A DNA stretch of 64,000 nucleotides, from positions 317,411 to 381,410 of the forward strand of contig CAVQEQ010000003.1 of NCBI GenBank assembly GCA_963711565.1, read 5' to 3'. The translations under genes and the position numbers were made by a program. Below, in pieces: positions 1-9,583 of this stretch. The notes beneath the pieces were generated by a model that had not been told where the DNA came from, did not search any database, and was given only the letters and a program-made list of their open reading frames with translations. Position 1 is the stretch's first letter; the number at the start of each line of letters is the position of its first letter. The DNA comes from an uncultured delta proteobacterium. GTDB taxonomy: Bacteria; Desulfobacterota; Binatia; Binatales; Binataceae.

Positions 1-1
1 C

Positions 2-1018
2 GGCAACTCGATCGCGCTGTACAATCCGCCGATTCGCGTCGCCGAGGAGTTCGCGATGCTCGACGTTATCTCGGGCGGACGCCTTATCGCCGGTTTCCCG
101 GTCGGCACCTCGATGGATACCAACTTCTGCTACGGCGAAGTGCCCGCGACGATTCGCGAGAAGTATTACGAGGCTCACGACTTGATCATCAAGGCGTGGG
201 AAGCCAAGGACGTGTTCTCGTTCAACGGCAAGTTCACCAAGCTGCGTTACGTGAACCTGTGGCCGAAGCCGTTGCAGCAGCCGCATCCGCCTATTTGGAT
301 TCCCGGCGGCGGATCGGTCGAGACCTACGACTTCTGCGCCGACCACAATTACCAGTACAGCTTCCTTTCGTACTTCGGGTATATCGCGGGCAAGAAAGTT
401 TCCGACGGCTACTGGGAAGTGATGGCGAAGAAGGGCAAGGAGCTGAATCCTTACAGCCTCGGCTTCGCGCAGGTCGTCGCAGTGTCGGAGACCGATGAGC
501 AGGCGGAGAAGGATTACGCGCCGCACATGGACTACTTCTATAACCGGTGCTTGCACGTCTATAACGGCTTCGCCGACGCGCCGGGTTATCGCACGGTGAA
601 GACGATCAAGGCGGGAATGCTCGGCCAGGTCGGCGATCAGGCGGCGATGCGGCGCGAGGGCCTGAAGTGGAAGGACTTCCTCGATCAGGGCTACGTGATC
701 GCGGGATCGCCCAAGACGGTGCGCGAGCGTCTGCGCGAGGCGATGAAGTCGCTCAACTGCGGGCATCTGATGCTGCTGCAGCAGATCGGATCGATGCCGC
801 CGGAACTGGTGCGCAAGAGCACCAGCCTGTTCGCCACCGAGGTCATGCCGTACATGCGCGACCTGTGGACCGGCTTCGAGGACAAGTGGTCGCCCAAGCG
901 TGACCTGCCGCAAGCCGACTTCGCGAAACCGGCGCCGGTCCATTTCGAGAAGCACGAGACGAACGGCACGGCGCGCGCGAGTGCGTCGGCCTCGGCGGAG
1001 GTTCGGAGCGCGAAATGA
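2..1018 (+). CDS. LLM-class (luciferase-like) flavin-dependent oxidoreductase, 5'-partial at the window edge
   Basis: The ORF frame is open from nt 2. The translation (IALYNPPIRVAEEFAMLDVISGGRL...) is typical of luciferase-like monooxygenases. The stop overlaps the next start (ATGA). Confidence 0.8.
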   Translation, partial: GNSIALYNPPIRVAEEFAMLDVISGGRLIAGFPVGTSMDTNFCYGEVPATIREKYYEAHDLIIKAWEAKDVFSFNGKFTKLRYVNLWPKPLQQPHPPIWIPGGGSVETYDFCADHNYQYSFLSYFGYIAGKKVSDGYWEVMAKKGKELNPYSLGFAQVVAVSETDEQAEKDYAPHMDYFYNRCLHVYNGFADAPGYRTVKTIKAGMLGQVGDQAAMRREGLKWKDFLDQGYVIAGSPKTVRERLREAMKSLNCGHLMLLQQIGSMPPELVRKSTSLFATEVMPYMRDLWTGFEDKWSPKRDLPQADFAKPAPVHFEKHETNGTARASASASAEVRSAK

Positions 1019-1800
1019 ACACGACGCAGAAACTTCTCAACGGAAAATTCTCGCTTGAGATGCAGACCTATGGGAGCAGCGGCGAGCCGCTCCTGTTCAT
1101 CCACGGCGCGGGCGGCCTGATGCCGGTCGAGCCGTTCCTCGAGGAGCTCGGCAAGACGTTCAAGGTCTATGCGCCGCAATTTCCCGGCTACGCCGAATCG
1201 ACGGGCAACGAGCATATCGACGATATCGGCGACGCGGTCTGCTTCTTCCACGAGCTGATGGACGAACTCGGAATCTCGACCGCGAACATCGTCGGCCATT
1301 CGATGGGCGGAATGCTCGCGGCGGAAGTCGCGGCCTTCGACGTGCATCGCGCAAAGAAGCTCGTGCTGATAGCGCCGGCCGGGTTCTGGATCGATGAAGT
1401 ACCGATACCCGACCTGTTCGCGGCGCAGCTGACCGAGATTGCGCCGCTGCTGTTCCACGATCCCAACTCGCCGGCGGCGCAAATGTTGACGGCGATACCG
1501 ACCGACTTCAAGGCGCTGGAGACGATGTACGTCGAGCGGGTGAAGCGGTTCGCGACGGCCAGCAAATTCCTGTGGCCGATCCCCGACCGCGGTCTCAAGA
1601 AACGCGCGTACCGGATTCAAGCGCCGACACTGCTGCTGTGGGGCGACGACGACAAGCTGATTCCACCGGCCTACGCGAAGGAGTTCACCAGCCGGATCAA
1701 GAACTGCAAGCTGGAGTTGATCAAGAACGCGGGGCACATGGTGATGTACGAGCAGCAGGAGGCGCTGGTCGGCGCGATACGAAATTTTCTGAAGGGGTAA
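1015..1800 (+). CDS. alpha/beta-fold hydrolase
   Basis: HGAGG oxyanion motif and GHSMGG nucleophile elbow. Translationally coupled to the upstream gene. Confidence 0.85.
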   Translation: MNTTQKLLNGKFSLEMQTYGSSGEPLLFIHGAGGLMPVEPFLEELGKTFKVYAPQFPGYAESTGNEHIDDIGDAVCFFHELMDELGISTANIVGHSMGGMLAAEVAAFDVHRAKKLVLIAPAGFWIDEVPIPDLFAAQLTEIAPLLFHDPNSPAAQMLTAIPTDFKALETMYVERVKRFATASKFLWPIPDRGLKKRAYRIQAPTLLLWGDDDKLIPPAYAKEFTSRIKNCKLELIKNAGHMVMYEQQEALVGAIRNFLKG

Positions 1801-1805
1801 AAAAA

Positions 1806-1845
1806 CCTCTCCCCTCGCCCCTCTCCCTTCAGGAGAGGGGAACAG
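1806..1845. repeat. REP-like hairpin element, family A (CCCCTCTCCC-TTCAGG-AGAGGGG)
   Basis: Inverted repeat ccctctcc/ggagaggg. Related copies at 18971-19005, 32171-32210 and 39948-39986. Confidence 0.55.
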
Positions 1846-1852
1846 AGAGCGC

Positions 1853-1888
1853 GGCTGGAGCATCGACGCTCCGGCCGTTTTCTTTTTG
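1853..1888 (+). terminator. rho-independent terminator candidate
   Basis: GC-rich hairpin ggctggagc-atcgac-gctccggcc followed by gttttctttttg. Confidence 0.55.
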
Positions 1889-1890
1889 TC

Positions 1891-2349
1891 TTGAATCTGA
1901 ACGCGCGCGCGACTAGCTTGCGGCGCATGGCAAATGAAAGTGCTCGCCCCTCGCGCGGCGTATTCCTCACCGTGATTACGGTGCTATTCCTTCTGCTCGC
2001 GCTGTCCGATTTCACCAAGGCGCTTCAATTTGTCGGCAATCCCGCGGTCGGCGGCCTTGTCATACTCGGCCACAAGTTCCACGGCGTTGCGCACAACCTA
2101 ATACTCGGGCCGATCTTCGGCATCGTGCTTCTCGCCTACGCGTACGGCATCTGGAACCTGCGTGCGTGGATGCTGCCGCTGTCGATCGTGTACGCGTTCT
2201 ACGTGCCGGCGAACATGGTCTTGTTCTGGTCGCTGCATCAACTGCCGTCGCCGACCAAGGGCTTCATAGTTATGTATCTGTTTCTTTCGCTGACCGGTTC
2301 CGTCGGCACAGCGATCTATCTTTCGTATCATCGGGAGCGCTTGAGCTGA
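1891..2349 (+). CDS. hypothetical integral membrane protein (4 predicted TM helices)
   Basis: Long ORF with hydrophobic segments. An alternative start at 1927 (MANES) is possible. Confidence 0.5.
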   Translation: MNLNARATSLRRMANESARPSRGVFLTVITVLFLLLALSDFTKALQFVGNPAVGGLVILGHKFHGVAHNLILGPIFGIVLLAYAYGIWNLRAWMLPLSIVYAFYVPANMVLFWSLHQLPSPTKGFIVMYLFLSLTGSVGTAIYLSYHRERLS

Positions 2350-2401
2350 CGGTCGCGCGGGAGTTGACGGCGGCGTTGGACAGTTTTAAATTGCAACCAC
2401 T

Positions 2402-3013
2402 ATGAAAATATACGAATTCACTGGAGCTCCGAATCCACGCCGCGTGCGCGTTTTTCTCGCGGAAAAAGGCATCAACGACGTTCCCTCCGTGCAGGTCAAC
2501 ATCGCGACCGGCGACAATCGCAAACCCGATTTCCTGAAAATCAATCCGATGGGCGGGTTGCCGGTGCTCGAACTTGACGACGGCACGCATATCGCCGAGT
2601 CGGTCGCGATTTGCCGCTACTTCGAGACCGTCAAGCCCGAACCACCTCTCATGGGAGTCGATGCGAAGGACAAGGCGGTGGTCGAGATGTGGAATCGGCG
2701 GATGGAATTCGAAATCCTGTCGATGACTGCGGGATCGTTCCGCAACACGAGCGATTTCTTCAAGGGGCGCATTCCGCAGGTCAAGGAATACGGCGAGATT
2801 TGCCGCAACGCGGCGGTGAAGCGACTGGAATGGCTCGACACGGTGCTGGCGGATCGCGAGTTCATCGCGGGACCGCGCTACACGATTGCGGATATCACGG
2901 CGCTTATCGGAATCGATTTCGGGCGCACGACCGCAATCAAGATCCAGGAGAATCAGAAGAACCTAGCGCGATGGCATCAGGCGGTATCGAGCCGGCCGAG
3001 CGCGAAGGCGTAA
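2402..3013 (+). CDS. glutathione S-transferase
   Basis: N-terminal thioredoxin-like GST fold (MKIYEF...PNPRRVRVFLAEKGI..., ESVAICRYFE). Confidence 0.85.
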   Translation: MKIYEFTGAPNPRRVRVFLAEKGINDVPSVQVNIATGDNRKPDFLKINPMGGLPVLELDDGTHIAESVAICRYFETVKPEPPLMGVDAKDKAVVEMWNRRMEFEILSMTAGSFRNTSDFFKGRIPQVKEYGEICRNAAVKRLEWLDTVLADREFIAGPRYTIADITALIGIDFGRTTAIKIQENQKNLARWHQAVSSRPSAKA

Positions 3014-3178
3014 CGGAGGACCGCTTCGCGATTGCAGAACCGGTACCGGCTTCGCTGGCGCGAAGCTGTCCGAGATCCTTCCTGCCGCTCGCGTCGCTCG
3101 CTTTGTCAGGATGACAACGGCGCGCTCGCGCTGCTCGCTTCTGTCAGGATGACGGGTACTGTTGGCAGTGTTGACTGT

Positions 3179-3650
3179 TCAGCGCGAGGCGGACTGCGCG
3201 ACGGCCGTTGGCGGGAGCGAATATATCGGCGTGTACATCTGGTAGCACATCAGATACACGATCACGCCCGTCACTGACACGTACATCCACAGCGGCCAGG
3301 TCCATCGCGCGATTCGGCGATGGCTGCGGAATTTGCCGCGGAACGCGAGCACAATCGTCGCGATCGCGAGCGGTACGATCACGCCGGCGAGGATTACGTG
3401 CGGGATAAGAATCGAGAAGTACAGCGAGCGGACCCATCCTTCGCCGCTGAAGCGCACGTTGCCGACGTTGTAGTGATAGACGAGGTATGACGTTAGGAAG
3501 ACGGCGGAGAACCCCATCGCGGCGATCATGCAGGCGCGATGCGCCCGTACCATCCCGTTCTTGATGAAGATGAATCCCGCCAGCAGCAGGACCGTGGCGC
3601 ATCCGTTGAGGAATGCGTTCAGCGGCGCCAGCGAATGGTAAGAATCCAAT
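3179..3650 (-). CDS. DUF420-family membrane protein associated with the oxidase operon
   Basis: Four TM segments with conserved His residues. Last gene of the cox operon. A TTG start at 3650 is proposed because the ATG-extended ORF overlaps coxIV. Confidence 0.45.
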
Positions 3651-3665
3651 TGGATTCCCGGGCGT

Positions 3666-4088
3666 TCAGAGCTGCGGAATCGCCTGGTTATTCGGATTCG
3701 GCGTCTGCGGCGGCGGCGGCGCAACCGGATTCGCGCCCATCTCGGCGGGATTTGTCACCGGCCTTGGATGGTCGTAATGGGTCCACATCCGCGTCGTCAG
3801 ATCGGGCAGCAGCATGAAGCAGAGAAACGTGACCAGTATCACCGGGATTATCGCGATGATTGCGAGCGCCCTCTTTTCCATCGCGAGATGCATGAAGTAC
3901 ATCGCGACCAGCACGGCCTTCGCCCACGCCAGCGCGACCAGCAGACCGACCTTGGCGACCTGCGGCAGGCCCATCGCGTACACGCCCAGCTCGACGGCGG
4001 TCAGAATCGACAGATATATAAAAACCGCAATGTAGTTCGGCCCGCTATGTTCGATCGGATGCCCTGAAACCGCAGCTTGCGTCGTCAT
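3666..4088 (-). CDS. cytochrome c oxidase subunit IV (prokaryotic CoxD/CtaF family)
   Basis: About 140 aa, 3-4 TM helices, immediately downstream of coxC. Start taken at MTTQAAVSGHP. Confidence 0.65.
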   Translation of the reverse strand: MTTQAAVSGHPIEHSGPNYIAVFIYLSILTAVELGVYAMGLPQVAKVGLLVALAWAKAVLVAMYFMHLAMEKRALAIIAIIPVILVTFLCFMLLPDLTTRMWTHYDHPRPVTNPAEMGANPVAPPPPQTPNPNNQAIPQL

Positions 4089-4132
4089 TGTTCTAATTTC
4101 ATCTCCGCCAGTAATCGTTGGGAAGCTGCTGC

Positions 4133-4762
4133 CTAGATCAAATAGATGAACGTGAAGATCAGGATCCAAACCAGGTCGACGAAGTGCCAGTAGAGCCCCG
4201 CGATCTCGACCAGGTTCGCCTTGGCCGGCGTCAGCTTGCCGGTCATGCCACGAATCAACAGCACGCTGTTGTAGACGACGCCGCCGAAGACGTGGCAGCC
4301 GTGGAAGCCGGTCAGGATGAAAAACGTCGCGTCGAACAGGTCAACCTTGATCGACATCCCTTTCTCGCCGAGCAGGTGATGCCACTCGAACGCCTGCATC
4401 CCGAGGAACAGGAGTCCGCCGAGAACGGTCAGCGCCATGAAGTTGCGATAGCGCGCCATCCTGCCGGTTTGGATGGAGCCGAGCGCCTCGACCATCGTGA
4501 CGCTCGAGCAGATCAGGATGAACGTCATGATCGCGGTGGTAGTGATGCCTAGAAATGCGGCGGGCGACGGCCAATTGGGGTTGTCGATGCGCAGGGCGCC
4601 GTAGGCGGCGATGGCGGCGCCGAAGGTCATCGCGTCGCCGGCCAGGAACGACCACATCCCGAGCTTGCCGAGATTTCCCGGCGTAAGCGACGGTTCCAGC
4701 TGATCCTGAACCGCACCGTGATCGTGAGTATCTACTGCAGCAGCCTCGCTCATCGCGACCAT
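4133..4762 (-). CDS. coxC: cytochrome c oxidase subunit III
   Basis: Haem-copper oxidase subunit III fold (LGMWSFLAGDAMTFG...FHGCHVFGG). Confidence 0.9.
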   Translation of the reverse strand: MVAMSEAAAVDTHDHGAVQDQLEPSLTPGNLGKLGMWSFLAGDAMTFGAAIAAYGALRIDNPNWPSPAAFLGITTTAIMTFILICSSVTMVEALGSIQTGRMARYRNFMALTVLGGLLFLGMQAFEWHHLLGEKGMSIKVDLFDATFFILTGFHGCHVFGGVVYNSVLLIRGMTGKLTPAKANLVEIAGLYWHFVDLVWILIFTFIYLI

Positions 4763-4806
4763 CCTCTTTGGGGCAAATGGCTATAGTCAGTGTTCATTTG
4801 AAATGA

Positions 4807-5070
4807 CTATTTAGTAGTTGATTTACGATCCTGTCGTTGCGACCGCCGATAGACGAAGTAAGTAATGCCTCCGATCACCGCAAACGAGGCATACGGCGAC
4901 GCCACCATGAATAGCGCGCTGGTCTTATACGCCCGGAACGCCGGGCTGTCATCCGAGAGCCCGCAGGTCGCGCACGCGTTGGCCAGTCGCGGAGCGGCGG
5001 CAACAATCGCGCCGGCTATCATCGTCGCGGTTGCTTTGAGCCTTGCACCTTTCATCATCACGTTCTCCAT
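4807..5070 (-). CDS. hypothetical small exported/membrane protein with a CATCG motif, within the cox operon
   Basis: Signal-like N-terminus and a C-terminal TM helix. Start chosen at MENVMM to avoid overlap with the upstream gene. Confidence 0.4.
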   Translation of the reverse strand: MENVMMKGARLKATATMIAGAIVAAAPRLANACATCGLSDDSPAFRAYKTSALFMVASPYASFAVIGGITYFVYRRSQRQDRKSTTK

Positions 5071-5078
5071 CGGTGAAA

Positions 5079-5738
5079 CTACATCAGATATACCAGCCCG
5101 AACAGGACCGGCCAGACCGCGCACACGAAATACCAATAGACGGCGCACATCTCAATCGCGTGGGCGTTGCGAGCGTTGTATCTGCCGCGCATCGCAAGCC
5201 CCACGACGCATGCCAGCCAGATGACGCCGGCGGTCACGTGCGCGCCGTGGCATCCGATCAGCAAATAAAAAGTTCCGCCGTACGTACCGCTGGAAAGCTT
5301 GAGGCCGTGGGCGACGAGCCGTACCCATTCGCTGCCCTGCACCGCAAGAAACGTCACGCCCAGCGCGAGCGTCGCGAGCAGATAACGGCGGGTCAGGCGT
5401 TGGCGGCTCTTATGCACGGCGAGCAGCGCAAGCGTCATCGTGACGGCGCTCGACAGCAGCACGAAGGTGTTCACCCAGGTGACCTCAATCGGCAGGCGCG
5501 GCATCGCAGGCGGCGGCCAGAAGGGAGCCGAGAGGCGGTAGATCAGAAATGAGCCGATGAGGCCGCTGAACAGCATCATCTCGGATGCGATCAGCATCAG
5601 GATCGCTATCATCCCGCTGCTGATGAAGGGACGCTCGATTTGATCGCCGCTGGCGCCTGAGTCGGAAGAGCGACCGCGGCGAACCGGCGCCACCAACGGG
5701 CGAATTTTTGCAGTCGATGCTGTCACGCCGAACGCCAT
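5079..5738 (-). CDS. haem-copper oxidase subunit III family protein (second paralogue)
   Basis: Subunit III-like sequence (FHGAHVTAGVIWL, EMCAVYWYFV). Confidence 0.8.
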   Translation of the reverse strand: MAFGVTASTAKIRPLVAPVRRGRSSDSGASGDQIERPFISSGMIAILMLIASEMMLFSGLIGSFLIYRLSAPFWPPPAMPRLPIEVTWVNTFVLLSSAVTMTLALLAVHKSRQRLTRRYLLATLALGVTFLAVQGSEWVRLVAHGLKLSSGTYGGTFYLLIGCHGAHVTAGVIWLACVVGLAMRGRYNARNAHAIEMCAVYWYFVCAVWPVLFGLVYLM

Positions 5739-5739
5739 A

Positions 5740-5877
5740 TCAATGATGCTTCACTATGATCGTCACGACCGAGATTGCTACTAAGAAAACCATGATGCCG
5801 AGCAGTATCTTGAGTGTCCGCCAATTTTCCTCTTTGCGCTCTTCGCGCCTAACCAGGGTACTCATTCGATTACTCAT
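5740..5877 (-). CDS. unannotated 45-aa single-TM protein (MSNRMSTLVRREERKEENWRTLKILLGIMVFLVAISVVTIIVKHH)
   Basis: Verified reverse-complement translation. Its ATG overlaps the ctaB TGA (ATGA), and its stop lies 1 nt before the next start. Confidence 0.4.
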   Translation of the reverse strand: MSNRMSTLVRREERKEENWRTLKILLGIMVFLVAISVVTIIVKHH

Positions 5878-6779
5878 ACGCGATCCAGCACGAGTACTAA
5901 CAAGACGATCGGCAAATAGACTATCGACGCGAGCAACAACCGGCGCGCCGCTTTGGAATTGCCGGGCGCGCGTACCATCGCGACTCCAAATGCCAGCATC
6001 CAGATGCCAAGCGCCGATGCGATGACGACGTAAGGAATTCCAGTGAGGCCGAGCATCGTCGGGATGATTCCGACCGCGATGAGGCCGAGGCTGCCCACGA
6101 TGACGATTGGATTCGACGCGTTTCCGCCGCGCGAATTATTTTGCGGAAGCAGGTGGATGCCGGCGCGTTCGTAGTCGGTGCGATAAAGCCGCGCGACTGC
6201 CATCGTATGCGGCAACTGCCACAGGAACATGATCGCAAACAGGATAATCGGCTCCCAGCCCAGCCCGGCGTGCGCCGCTGCCCATCCCGCGACGGGAGGA
6301 AGCGCGCCCGGAACCGCGCCGACGATGTTGCACAGCCAGGTGTAGCGCTTCAGCGGCGTGTACACGCCGAGGTAAATGATCGTGATTGCGGCCGTCACCA
6401 CAGCGCAGAGCAAGTTCGTTGCGAGCGTCAAGTACATGAGGCCCGCCGCAGTCGCGACAACGCCAAACGTCAGCGCTTCGGCCGGGCGCATCCGCATGTC
6501 AGGCAGCGGGCGATTGCGGGTGCGATCCATCATCGCGTCGGTGTCGCGCTCGACGTACTGATTAAGCGCGAGCGTCCCGCCGGCCGCCAGCGCAGTGCCG
6601 GCGAGGAGATTCAGCGCGAGCGTCAGGTCGAAGCCGGAGCGTCCGCCGAGATAAAAACCGGCGAGCGTCGTGACCAGCACCATCAGCACGACGCGCGGCT
6701 TGGTCAGCTCGAAGTAATCGCTCACACGGCCGTGCGGCAGCGTCAATGCGGATTCCGCCATCGCGACTTTCGCGCTCAT
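5874..6779 (-). CDS. ctaB: protohaem IX farnesyltransferase (haem O synthase)
   Basis: UbiA-family CyoE/CtaB sequence. Start at MSAKVAMAES, overlapping the ctaA stop (ATGA). The upstream ORF extension is non-coding-like. Confidence 0.9.
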   Translation of the reverse strand: MSAKVAMAESALTLPHGRVSDYFELTKPRVVLMVLVTTLAGFYLGGRSGFDLTLALNLLAGTALAAGGTLALNQYVERDTDAMMDRTRNRPLPDMRMRPAEALTFGVVATAAGLMYLTLATNLLCAVVTAAITIIYLGVYTPLKRYTWLCNIVGAVPGALPPVAGWAAAHAGLGWEPIILFAIMFLWQLPHTMAVARLYRTDYERAGIHLLPQNNSRGGNASNPIVIVGSLGLIAVGIIPTMLGLTGIPYVVIASALGIWMLAFGVAMVRAPGNSKAARRLLLASIVYLPIVLLVLVLDRV

Positions 6780-7768
6780 GCGGTCACCTGCCGTTCGATC
6801 ACGCGCGAACTCGTGCGCGACTCGATCGCATGCGCGCGATTCGGCACGCCGAGAATATGATATGCGCGAAGCGTCAGCGTCAGGCTGGTCGCGAGGACCG
6901 CCGCGCCGACTGCAACGTGGCTCGTCGTCGGAATCACCATCCGGCCGCTCCAGATTGTGATCGCACCGAGACAAATCTGGACCACGAGCAGGATTAACAG
7001 CCCCAGTGCGGGACGGCGCAGCGCGACGACCTCGCGATGAGTCCGCAGCACGCGCGCGACCGTCCACAAAACCATTGCAGTGACGACAATCGCACCGCAT
7101 CGATGCGCAAAGTTAACCGCGATGTACTCGTTCCAGTACGGCGGAATTACGCGGCCGAACGAAAGCGGGAAATCGGGAATCACCAGCCCGGCGCTCATGT
7201 GACGCATCAGCGCGCCAACGAGAATCTGCATATAGATGATAGCGGTGGTCGCAACGGCGAGCGTCGGCAGCGAGATTCGCGAAGGTGGATCATCGACGTG
7301 CGGGGTCGAGTCCCAGCGCGGGTTCGTGAAGATGGCGATCGACACCATGAGGCAGAACAGCGCCTGCGCAGTGGCGGCGTGCGTAACCGCGATCGCCAGC
7401 GGCAATTCGAACAGCACGGTAATTCCGCCGAGGATGGCCTGCACGATGATTAGTCCGAACGCGAGCATGACAAGTCTGCGGACCCATCGCCGCGGCTCGG
7501 CGCGCCAGGCCCACGCCATCAACACGAGCGTGAGAATCACCACAGTTCCAGCAGCGAGGCGATGGCCGAATTCGAAACGGATACCGCCCTGCCAGGCCGG
7601 GATCAGTTTGCCGAACGCCAGCGGCCAGTCGGGGACGGCGAGCGCGGAACCGGTCGAAGTGACCAGGCCGCCGACGAAGATGAGGCAAAAGGTCGCGCCG
7701 GCGGTCAGCACCGCAAAGCGATGCAGTCCGCGCGCCTTCTCCACCTCAGTTGGCGACTGATTCGTCAC
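6776..7768 (-). CDS. ctaA: haem A synthase (COX15/CtaA)
   Basis: Eight-TM CtaA-like protein with conserved His pairs, sited between coxA and ctaB. Confidence 0.85.
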   Translation of the reverse strand: MTNQSPTEVEKARGLHRFAVLTAGATFCLIFVGGLVTSTGSALAVPDWPLAFGKLIPAWQGGIRFEFGHRLAAGTVVILTLVLMAWAWRAEPRRWVRRLVMLAFGLIIVQAILGGITVLFELPLAIAVTHAATAQALFCLMVSIAIFTNPRWDSTPHVDDPPSRISLPTLAVATTAIIYMQILVGALMRHMSAGLVIPDFPLSFGRVIPPYWNEYIAVNFAHRCGAIVVTAMVLWTVARVLRTHREVVALRRPALGLLILLVVQICLGAITIWSGRMVIPTTSHVAVGAAVLATSLTLTLRAYHILGVPNRAHAIESRTSSRVIERQVTA

Positions 7769-7783
7769 TGGCTATTCGACTGA

Positions 7784-9538
7784 CTAATCCGCCGCGGCCG
7801 TCGAGTGTTCGAGCAACTGCGATTGCGGCAGGTAGTCCTCCGCGACCTCCGGCGAGCTGTACTCGTACGGTCCGCGGTAAACGATCGGCACCGGGCCGGG
7901 CCAGTTGCCGTGCGGCGGCGGCGACGGCGTCGTCCACTCGAGCGTGTTTGCATGCCACGGATTCTCAGTGGCCTTCTCGCCCTTGTAATAGCTGTAGATG
8001 ATGTTCGCGAGGAACAAAAACTGCGCGGCGCCGAGCACGAAGGCGCTGATCGAAATGAATTCGTTGATCGGAATGATCGGCTTCAGGAAATCGTACTGCT
8101 GCGGATTGTAAATCCGGCGCATATGCCCGGCCATCCCCAGGATGTGCATCGGGAAGAAGGTGCAGTTGAAGGCGACGAAAGTGATCCAGAAGTGAACCTT
8201 GCCCAGCTTCTCGCTCATCATGTGGCCGAACATCTTGGGATACCAATAGGTAACTCCCGCAAAAATCCCGAACAGGCTACCGCCGAATAGTACGTAGTGA
8301 ATATGTGCGACGATGAAGTAAGTATCGTGGATGTACATATCGACCGGTGTCGACGCCATCCAGATTCCCGAGAGTCCGCCAATGACGAACATCGCGACGA
8401 AGGCAAGCGCGTTCATCATCGCGGTCGTATAGTGGATGTTGCCCTTGTACAGGGTGCCCAGCCAGTTGAAGGTCTTAATCGCCGAGGGCACTCCGATGAT
8501 CATTGTCGTGATCATGAAGCTGCTGCCGAGCGCCGGGTCCATACCGGACTGGAACATGTGATGGCCCCAGACGACCCACGACAGGAATGCGATCGCGATC
8601 ATCGCGTAGGCCATCGCGCGGTATCCGAAGATCGGCTTGCGCGAGAATACCGAGATGATCTCGGAGGAGATGCCCATCGCGGGCAGGATCATGATGTAGA
8701 CCTCGGGATGGCCGAAGAACCAGAACAGATGCTGCCACAGCAGCGGCTCGCCGCCGCCGGCAGGCAGAAAGAAATGCGTGCCGCCCATGCGATCGAACAG
8801 CAACAGCGCGAGCGCCGTCGTCAGCACCGGCAGCGCGAGCAGCAGCAGAATCGCGGTGATGAACAGCGACCAGATCACCAGCGGCAGGCGGAAGAAGTAC
8901 ATCCCCTTGGTGCGCATGTTGATGATCGTCGTGATGTAGTTGATCGAGCCCATCAGCGACGACGCGCCGAGCACGATAATGCTGATGCACCATAAGTCCT
9001 GGCCCCAATCGACGCCGGTATATATCGGCACGGCGCTCAGGGGCGCATACGAGGTCCAGCCCGCGGCGGCGGGACCGCCAGTGACGAAGAACGACGACAG
9101 CATGATCACGCCGGCGACCGCACCGACCCAGAACGACAGCATGTTCAGCTTGGGGAACGCCATGTCGCGCGCGCCGATCATCAACGGGATGAGGAAATTG
9201 CCGAAGCATCCGACCAAGATAGGCATCACCACGAAGAAGATCATGATGGTGGCGTGCATCGTAAACATCGCGTTGTAGGTGTTTGGCGGGATCGCGCCGT
9301 CGTACATGAACGGCTCGGGCACCCAGTGAAATCCGGGGACCGCGGTCTCGGGAAACGCGAGTTCCCACCGCATCAGCATCGCCATCAGGCCGCCGATCGA
9401 CATCATGAACAGCGCCATGAAGAGGAACTGGCGCCCGATCATCTTGTGATCTTCGGAAAATATGTAGGTGCGTATGAATCCGAGCTCGTGATGCTCGGCG
9501 TGCGCCCCGTGTGCCGCAACCGCTGCCGTACTACTCAT
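7784..9538 (-). CDS. ctaD: cytochrome c oxidase subunit I
   Basis: Canonical CoxI sequence (WFFGHPEVYI, HHMF). Confidence 0.95.
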   Translation of the reverse strand: MSSTAAVAAHGAHAEHHELGFIRTYIFSEDHKMIGRQFLFMALFMMSIGGLMAMLMRWELAFPETAVPGFHWVPEPFMYDGAIPPNTYNAMFTMHATIMIFFVVMPILVGCFGNFLIPLMIGARDMAFPKLNMLSFWVGAVAGVIMLSSFFVTGGPAAAGWTSYAPLSAVPIYTGVDWGQDLWCISIIVLGASSLMGSINYITTIINMRTKGMYFFRLPLVIWSLFITAILLLLALPVLTTALALLLFDRMGGTHFFLPAGGGEPLLWQHLFWFFGHPEVYIMILPAMGISSEIISVFSRKPIFGYRAMAYAMIAIAFLSWVVWGHHMFQSGMDPALGSSFMITTMIIGVPSAIKTFNWLGTLYKGNIHYTTAMMNALAFVAMFVIGGLSGIWMASTPVDMYIHDTYFIVAHIHYVLFGGSLFGIFAGVTYWYPKMFGHMMSEKLGKVHFWITFVAFNCTFFPMHILGMAGHMRRIYNPQQYDFLKPIIPINEFISISAFVLGAAQFLFLANIIYSYYKGEKATENPWHANTLEWTTPSPPPHGNWPGPVPIVYRGPYEYSSPEVAEDYLPQSQLLEHSTAAAD

Positions 9539-9583
9539 TTTCGACTGGCTCCTCCGTGGGACAGTGGCCGGCGAATGCGGGCG

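Noticed and set aside
691-1863. 390-aa minus-strand ORF spanning the LLM oxidoreductase and the hydrolase
   Set aside because: It is antisense to two well-supported genes and Arg/Leu-rich, as is typical for high-GC shadow frames.
3651-3724. ATG-initiated N-terminal extension of the DUF420 ORF (MRRRRRRRRIRI...)
   Set aside because: The poly-Arg extension overlaps the coxIV coding sequence. An internal TTG at 3650 gives a sensible start.
5874-7100. 107-codon N-terminal extension of ctaB
   Set aside because: The extension overlaps ctaA in another frame and is Arg/Asp-rich. The true start at 6779 forms an ATGA overlap with ctaA.
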